Assembly (NCBI GenBank): GCA_020851415.1
Contig: JADZCU010000032.1
Span: 38,379 to 102,378, forward strand
DNA length: 64,000 nt
Direction: 5' to 3'
From: Candidatus Peregrinibacteria bacterium
GTDB taxonomy: Bacteria; Patescibacteriota; Gracilibacteria; UBA1369
Position 1 is the first letter of the stretch; each line of letters starts with the position of its first letter. The notes below the pieces were generated by a model. The model ran no database searches, was not told where the DNA came from, and saw only the letters and a list, made by a program, of their open reading frames with translations. Shown here one piece after another: positions 58,271 through 64,000 of the stretch. The position numbers were made by a program, and so were the translations under genes.

Positions 58271-58921
58271 TTATGTGATCGCCCTGTCTGCTTTTTCCTC
58301 ATCGGATTCGCTAAGTTCCACCTCGGTTATCTCGGACAGTCCAAAAAAAGAACGTAAAGCATTGAAAGCTTTTGTATATTGAGTAATAAAAGTTCCCATT
58401 GTATTCAAATCACGCATACCTTCAACTTTAAAAGAACAATTTTTTCTGATGAAGTCCGGCAACAATTCAAAGTATGGAGCTGCGGTCGATGCAAAATCAT
58501 AAGTCTTACCATCAACACCACTCTTATAAAAAACCTTCATGTATTCGCCTTTATGGATCTCTTCCGACTTCAATGTGTGCCCCAGTGGGCTGGTAGGGAT
58601 TGCAGTAAGACAGCAGGTACCGCCATCGGGGTATAGCTGAACAATATCGCTCCAGTTACGGACAATATATCTACGTGCGTTTTTGAGCATCTGTGCATTC
58701 AGCAATCCTTTGCCATATCTTTTCAAGTCCTCTGGCGACATTTTTTTCGCAGCTAAACTCAATTCCTCCTTTATATATGAACAAGCATCACGATAATCGC
58801 TTTCATCAATAGATTTGACATTCTCGGGAGCAGGCATCGGATTACTATTCGTCAAATCTTCAAATCGTTTACCGACTTGCTTCAGTGGTGGATTTAAAAT
58901 TTTGTCAAAATCATCTGTCAT
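58271..58921 (-). CDS. Partner protein 2 (216 aa) of the giant-kinase cassette; paralog of 52878-53507
   Basis: It begins 19 nt downstream of giant gene 2. The motifs it shares with partner 1 are listed under that feature. Confidence 0.6.
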   Translation of the reverse strand: MTDDFDKILNPPLKQVGKRFEDLTNSNPMPAPENVKSIDESDYRDACSYIKEELSLAAKKMSPEDLKRYGKGLLNAQMLKNARRYIVRNWSDIVQLYPDGGTCCLTAIPTSPLGHTLKSEEIHKGEYMKVFYKSGVDGKTYDFASTAAPYFELLPDFIRKNCSFKVEGMRDLNTMGTFITQYTKAFNALRSFFGLSEITEVELSESDEEKADRAIT

Positions 58922-58940
58922 ATACTTGTAAGGATAAATA

Positions 58941-61900
58941 TTATTGAATGTAAGGTTTCATATCGCGTGCTGCATCAGCTGGAGTATAAGTGAAGTTATT
59001 GGGATCTTTCAATTTATTTACAATTTCCATAAGTTTTGCCTTTGCTACGGGGTCAGCTGGAGAGCGATCAATACCATAATCCATGGGCACTGAGCTGGTA
59101 GGGTCATATTTGTGATCTGGAGCGGCTTTTGGCATATGTATTTTTCCCGTTACTATGGCCTCAAGTTGAACTCCCAACGCATAGGCATCTATTTTCCACG
59201 CGTACTGCGGGCCCTTTGCAATGACTGCATCTGTAACTGCACCAGAATAGAACATCGGCGATACTTGAGACGGAACGCGACCTAAATAGACAGGTTCTGT
59301 ACTGCCATTAAAAGTATATCCCGGTATATGTCCACTCAACCCCTGAAAAAACGCATCATTCGGTGTGACAGTTCCAAAGTCACCTAATCTACCACCATTA
59401 TCCGTTGGAAATATTTGTGATGATTTAAAGTCACCATGAATCAAGCCATTTCTATGGAGGAAAGAAAGTCCAATTGCCCCATCATGAAGACCATGAAGTA
59501 ATCTACTCAATGGCACATTCGGATCATCCCCCAAAGCATCATAATCACCGGATTTTTTCTTGCCGTCAGCGCCAGTATAGTCAACAAGTTCATAAAGTAT
59601 AGATTTTCCATCCGGGCTAATCGCAATAGGTTTTACAAAAACATTATCAGCGCCATTCGCTTTTTCCTTCTGTACAACATCGACTACATATCCAGCTCCA
59701 ACAGCCTCTGATCCCAGTGTTATGCCTTGTGCGGCAGCATCAGGTTTCACCACTTTCATACCTGCAAATCGAACCTCTTTTGTCACAGGATCAATGAGCG
59801 CTACTCGGTAAAAGGCACCAATACCACCTTCTCCGGCGCTCTTCGACATGTCCGGATAGTACTCATAACTGACACCATTAATATCAATTTTTTCAGATTT
59901 GCCCGAAGCCATTCGATCCACCATGTCCTTGTTCATATATGGTGAATTAATATTTTTCCCCAAAAACTCAAACATCGGAGCAGATATTTGATTGGTAGCC
60001 ATGACTTTTTCCACAATATCCTGAGTGATGTTTTGTGAATCCAAACTACGCTCCAGGAATTTTTGTTTTTCAGGTGAGATACTGGCACTAAAAGTACTCG
60101 GAGAATTTAAGATAATATCAACATAATTTTCCAAATGACCGTTAACGTCACGACTCAACAACTTCATAAGTTTAGGGTCGGGATGATTTAATATTGTATC
60201 AACATCTTGAGAGTCACTTGCAAATCTTTTCAGCACTTCAACTTTATCAGGAGTAAGCAAATGAGCATTCTTGATGAGCTTCTGTTTCATAGCCGGAGGT
60301 CCGCCAAGGCCTGATATCATATCCAGAGCACGCTGTTGATCTTTTGTTGCCTGGAATTTTTCCATCAAATCAAAATAGCTCTTATACTTTTGATAAATTG
60401 GATGTTTGCCCACAATTTGGACTGCATCGGCAAATTCACCTCTGCCTAAAGCAGCAAATAACCTATCACGTAAGGCTTCAAAAGCCTGTCTGTCCTTAGG
60501 ATCAACTTTGTATACTGCATCCTGCAACTGTTTACCAATTGCCAGACTGGCCGCCTCAACAACTGCTGAACGGTCATATAACTGCTTCGCAACATGATAT
60601 TCTGACAATAGCTGATATGCTTTATCTCCAAGAATCTTACGAATTTCAGCATTGTTCCCCTGTAAATCAGGGCGTTGCTTCATTAAGAATGTATAATCGG
60701 CATAAGCCTGTTGATGTGCCGAACTATCCAAAGCTGGATCGCGCACATGGAAAGCATCCGCAGTTGAACGTACCAGGTCTTCGGGACTTGTAAATTTCAA
60801 TTTCATAGTGTCCACTTGAGCCACCTTATCAAAAGTAAACCCAGGTATATCTGCCGAAATAGAAGTTTCGAGCAGTATCCTGGTGATTGGTGCTAATCCC
60901 TGGACACGCCCATCTGCAATTTCAGCCATAAACTCTTCCGCATTTCGTGGCGTTAATTCTTGTCCTCGTCTGGCAAAAAGTTCAGAAAGTTGTGGATCTG
61001 CCTGAACAAGTTTTACAAGTTTTTCGCCAATCTTTGCCGCACCAATAACACGATGTGCTCGTTCGTGTTTACCTTCTGTTTTCATCTCGGCAAGAATCTC
61101 TTTTCCCTGTGGATGAGATTTAAAGAACTCTTTGGCACTCATCTCAACTCCATCTACCACAAATACATTCACAGGTTTTCCATCTTTACCCTCAACTTGT
61201 TTCATCTCAACACCATATTTAGCTTCAAAATATTCGCTGTTGTAATGAATTTTTCCCTCCTTATCAATCCAAGCTGGAACATCTTTAGACTCTTTTTTCT
61301 TTCCATCAACGCCTTCTTCACCAAGCATTTCTTCAGGAATACCCTTCGAGAAAACAGAATAAAAATGTGTTTCTGCCGCAGTTTTTTCCATGTACTGCAA
61401 TTTACCGTTTTTATCTATAATAAGAACGCCTCTTCCCTCACCAAGTACTGCAACAATCTGAGGTTCACCTTCTGCTACAGGTTTATTATTTGCATTGTAT
61501 TTATCAACATACTCGGCAATTTCAGCCGGAGTATTCAGCTTTTTGCCCGCAACTGCGCTTCCAACTTCACCGGCAATCAACAAAACCACAGCATCACGCG
61601 GAGTATTAACTGAGTTGGCCTGTTTTTCAATAATTCCAAAAAGCTCAGCATGTTGAGGATATCGGCTTCTAAGTGAAGCAAGCTCCGTAGCATCATGCCC
61701 CAAAAGCGCGGTCGTATATTTTTCAAATATACCCAAAGTTTCAACATCAATTTTAACACCACCCGGAGATCGGTAAGGTCCCTTGTCTGCACCTTCTGAT
61801 CCGCCAAGAGAACCCAGAATAGCTTCAGCAATCTTTAATTGTGCAACCAAATTTGGATCAATTTTTCCCTCTTTTTGTTGTTCGGCAATCTTTGCCTCAA

Positions 61901-64000
61901 GGTCTGTTTTTCGTTTTTCAATATTTGATTTATGAGCTTCACCTTCAACTTTTTCGGCTTCCGCCACTTTGACTTCAGCACCTTCAGCCGCCTTCTTTTT
62001 TGCAACAAGATCAGCCTCAAGTTTTTCCGTAGGTAAGCCCTCGGCTTTTGCTTTATTGAGTTTTGACTGAGCTATATCAATCTCTACCTTTGCTTTTGAA
62101 TATTTCCCAATAGCTTCAGCCGTACTGATTTCTTCGACCATTTTCTTTTCTGTAGGCCCTTCATGAGCGCCATGCCCCATGAATGAGTGAACTCCACCAA
62201 CCGTTGCAGAGAATAAGAAATTTTCTCCAAAAGATTTCATGGCTTCCTTGCCAGTAAAATGTCGTCCGGATAGGAATGCCATTCCTGCATCCAGACCAAC
62301 CATGGCTCCGCCTTCAAGTGAAGTTTTTCCAAGCCACCATGCGGCATCCTTTGCCATAGCTCCCATACCACCTTCAATAAACGAAGGAGCTTTGCCAGCT
62401 TCGGCTAAGTTTCTCAATTTTCCAACACCAGTACCAACACCCTTCAAAATACCCATAGTAGCAACACTATGTCCCATGGCTTTCCAGTATTCTGCACTGA
62501 AACGCTCATAACCATTGCCCATTAACATGTTATTAAATTCATATTGAGCAGCTGAGAAAGCCGCACCTTCAACCGCAGCACCGCCGGCCCACGCGAGTGC
62601 GCGTCCACTACCAGTCGCCAAGACACGTCCAATAATAGCTTCACCAAGCACTGCACGAGCCGCCATACCTGTTCCGGCAACAGCAGCGGATCCAACGCCG
62701 GCTGATGCAATAGTCACAGCCGTAAACACACCGACTTTCACCGGTAATGCGTTCCATTCTTCATCAGTCCAGAATGCCGTTAACACACCTCCCTGACCAA
62801 AATTTTCTATGGCTACTGTGCCGCCATATACTTTTCTCCATTCTTCGGCTTCAGGTCCGCTGGCACCTTCCAACATGCTATATGTGGAAAGCTTCACTTC
62901 TTTGTTGTATGCCTCTGAGACCACCATATTTTGCATTTTCCCTCGGGCTTCCTGTATCTCCGCATCTTCCGCATCTCTGCCCCATTGTTTTTTGTACTCT
63001 TCTTTCCATTTCGTTATTCCCTCTTCCAACCTCTTTTTCACATCTCCATTATTTAATGTTTTTTCCCGTACTTTTGCCTTATCAACAAGTTTGGCTCCCT
63101 CTTGTAACTGCTTGGCAAAGTACGATTCATACAGTTGCCTTGAAAGACCAGTGAGCCCACGATCACGAGCTTTTTGAGCCTCTTCAAGAGTCGCCTGTTT
63201 GCGTTTTTCCGGATCAGCGTCGTTTAGTTTGCGCTGTTGCACAAACATATCAAACACTTCCCAGGAATTGGAGTTCATATCCACCGGGAATCCCAGTTTC
63301 CAGGATTTTAACGCGCGATCCAATTTCGCTTTTTTGAGCTCGCGTTCCGCTGGTACAAGTTGTGCTTGTCGTTCATCTTCCAGTGACATTCCTTCAACCT
63401 TTGTCACTTTTTCTCTCTGTAATTTTAACTGCTCTTTCCTTTTTTCTATGTACTCAGTTGTAATTGGCTGTCCATCGAGCGTGGCCTGAATTTCTCCGGA
63501 TTCCAGTTGTTGAATAGACCTTTCCAGACGGGTAACCTCATCTTTCTCACGCTTAATGCGTTCCTCTTTTCCTTTCTGCAATTCATCGTTTCCCTTTTCT
63601 TTAATTCCGGCCACTTTTTCATCCATGGCCTGAACGCTTTGAACACTGTTTGGTGGAAACTCAAATTTGCGCAGCAGTGCTTCCGCTCCCTCAATCGTGA
63701 CACATTTCCCTGATTCAATCATCTCTTCAGCCGCGTCAATCACGCGCGCCATATTTTCAATATTGTCGTATGCCTGATCGTATGTATGCGTCCCAAAATC
63801 TGTTTTCTCTCCAGGGATAATTTTATTATTATATCGTTCCTTAATGGACGCTTTCATCGCCGCCAATCTCTGTACCATTTGCGACAGTTCCATCTTGGCA
63901 ATTTGCTTCAGCATCTCTTTGGCCTGCTCAAACCGCACCGGATCCCGTTCAGCATTTTTGGCTTCTTGATTGTAATATGAAAGCAGATCTTCTTTCGCTC
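58941..64000 (-). CDS. Giant protein 2 (more than 1685 aa, 5' end beyond the window): coiled coil, Gly/Ala-rich hydrophobic core, helical middle region, C-terminal kinase-like domain
   Basis: The frame stays open from 63938 up to the window edge at 64000. Kinase motifs are the G-loop GEGGIGAFY (59814-59837), AGMKVV, HGDFKSSQ (59415-59438) and GDFG (59373-59384). Confidence 0.8.
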   Translation of the reverse strand, partial: AKEDLLSYYNQEAKNAERDPVRFEQAKEMLKQIAKMELSQMVQRLAAMKASIKERYNNKIIPGEKTDFGTHTYDQAYDNIENMARVIDAAEEMIESGKCVTIEGAEALLRKFEFPPNSVQSVQAMDEKVAGIKEKGNDELQKGKEERIKREKDEVTRLERSIQQLESGEIQATLDGQPITTEYIEKRKEQLKLQREKVTKVEGMSLEDERQAQLVPAERELKKAKLDRALKSWKLGFPVDMNSNSWEVFDMFVQQRKLNDADPEKRKQATLEEAQKARDRGLTGLSRQLYESYFAKQLQEGAKLVDKAKVREKTLNNGDVKKRLEEGITKWKEEYKKQWGRDAEDAEIQEARGKMQNMVVSEAYNKEVKLSTYSMLEGASGPEAEEWRKVYGGTVAIENFGQGGVLTAFWTDEEWNALPVKVGVFTAVTIASAGVGSAAVAGTGMAARAVLGEAIIGRVLATGSGRALAWAGGAAVEGAAFSAAQYEFNNMLMGNGYERFSAEYWKAMGHSVATMGILKGVGTGVGKLRNLAEAGKAPSFIEGGMGAMAKDAAWWLGKTSLEGGAMVGLDAGMAFLSGRHFTGKEAMKSFGENFLFSATVGGVHSFMGHGAHEGPTEKKMVEEISTAEAIGKYSKAKVEIDIAQSKLNKAKAEGLPTEKLEADLVAKKKAAEGAEVKVAEAEKVEGEAHKSNIEKRKTDLEAKIAEQQKEGKIDPNLVAQLKIAEAILGSLGGSEGADKGPYRSPGGVKIDVETLGIFEKYTTALLGHDATELASLRSRYPQHAELFGIIEKQANSVNTPRDAVVLLIAGEVGSAVAGKKLNTPAEIAEYVDKYNANNKPVAEGEPQIVAVLGEGRGVLIIDKNGKLQYMEKTAAETHFYSVFSKGIPEEMLGEEGVDGKKKESKDVPAWIDKEGKIHYNSEYFEAKYGVEMKQVEGKDGKPVNVFVVDGVEMSAKEFFKSHPQGKEILAEMKTEGKHERAHRVIGAAKIGEKLVKLVQADPQLSELFARRGQELTPRNAEEFMAEIADGRVQGLAPITRILLETSISADIPGFTFDKVAQVDTMKLKFTSPEDLVRSTADAFHVRDPALDSSAHQQAYADYTFLMKQRPDLQGNNAEIRKILGDKAYQLLSEYHVAKQLYDRSAVVEAASLAIGKQLQDAVYKVDPKDRQAFEALRDRLFAALGRGEFADAVQIVGKHPIYQKYKSYFDLMEKFQATKDQQRALDMISGLGGPPAMKQKLIKNAHLLTPDKVEVLKRFASDSQDVDTILNHPDPKLMKLLSRDVNGHLENYVDIILNSPSTFSASISPEKQKFLERSLDSQNITQDIVEKVMATNQISAPMFEFLGKNINSPYMNKDMVDRMASGKSEKIDINGVSYEYYPDMSKSAGEGGIGAFYRVALIDPVTKEVRFAGMKVVKPDAAAQGITLGSEAVGAGYVVDVVQKEKANGADNVFVKPIAISPDGKSILYELVDYTGADGKKKSGDYDALGDDPNVPLSRLLHGLHDGAIGLSFLHRNGLIHGDFKSSQIFPTDNGGRLGDFGTVTPNDAFFQGLSGHIPGYTFNGSTEPVYLGRVPSQVSPMFYSGAVTDAVIAKGPQYAWKIDAYALGVQLEAIVTGKIHMPKAAPDHKYDPTSSVPMDYGIDRSPADPVAKAKLMEIVNKLKDPNNFTYTPADAARDMKPYIQ

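Overview
This is a low-GC, gene-dense bacterial chromosomal window (GC judged by eye). About 60 protein genes read cleanly under the standard code. I found four tRNAs, all with encoded CCA ends: Pro-TGG, Cys-GCA, Ser-GCT and Ser-TGA. I found no rRNA, CRISPR array, transposase or integrase.

Housekeeping genes recognised from the translations are ispG, ybeY, a SpoU/TrmH methyltransferase, guaA, class I lysyl-tRNA synthetase, dnaB, yraN, comM/yifB, murA, argS, msrB, mscL, an S41 peptidase, a YmdB-type phosphoesterase, recA-recX and nusA. The envelope theme is strong. At least four proteins carry S-layer-homology (SLH) repeats, one FN3/Ig-like protein carries an LPXTG sorting signal, and there is an O-antigen-ligase-like protein and a PAP2/polyprenol-kinase fusion. 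This gene set fits an uncultivated small-genome lineage, possibly CPR/Peregrinibacteria-like. That placement is inference only.

The most unusual locus is a tightly packed five-gene minus-strand operon at 52878-64000, which runs off the window edge.
- It encodes two giant proteins: one of 1470 aa and one of more than 1685 aa that is cut by the window edge.
- Both share one architecture: a long coiled coil, a Gly/Ala/Trp-rich hydrophobic core, then a C-terminal eukaryote-like Ser/Thr kinase domain.
- Each giant gene is followed by a paralogous ~210-aa partner protein with a conserved Cys-Cys motif.
- A translationally coupled 107-aa helical protein sits between the two pairs.
- I could not match this cassette to any described system. 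It has the layout of an effector/toxin plus immunity-or-chaperone module.

Other notable signals:
- a dense array of GTAGACAG/TGTCCAC motifs around a membrane-anchored HTH protein next to two DUF881 genes;
- an 18-bp perfect palindrome inside the recA promoter;
- an ArgRS with an N-terminal B3/4-like domain;
- a homopolymer frameshift in an SLH gene;
- a GC-rich pentapeptide-repeat island beside tRNA genes;
- a 430-bp promoter-bearing structured region upstream of the lysyl-tRNA synthetase gene.
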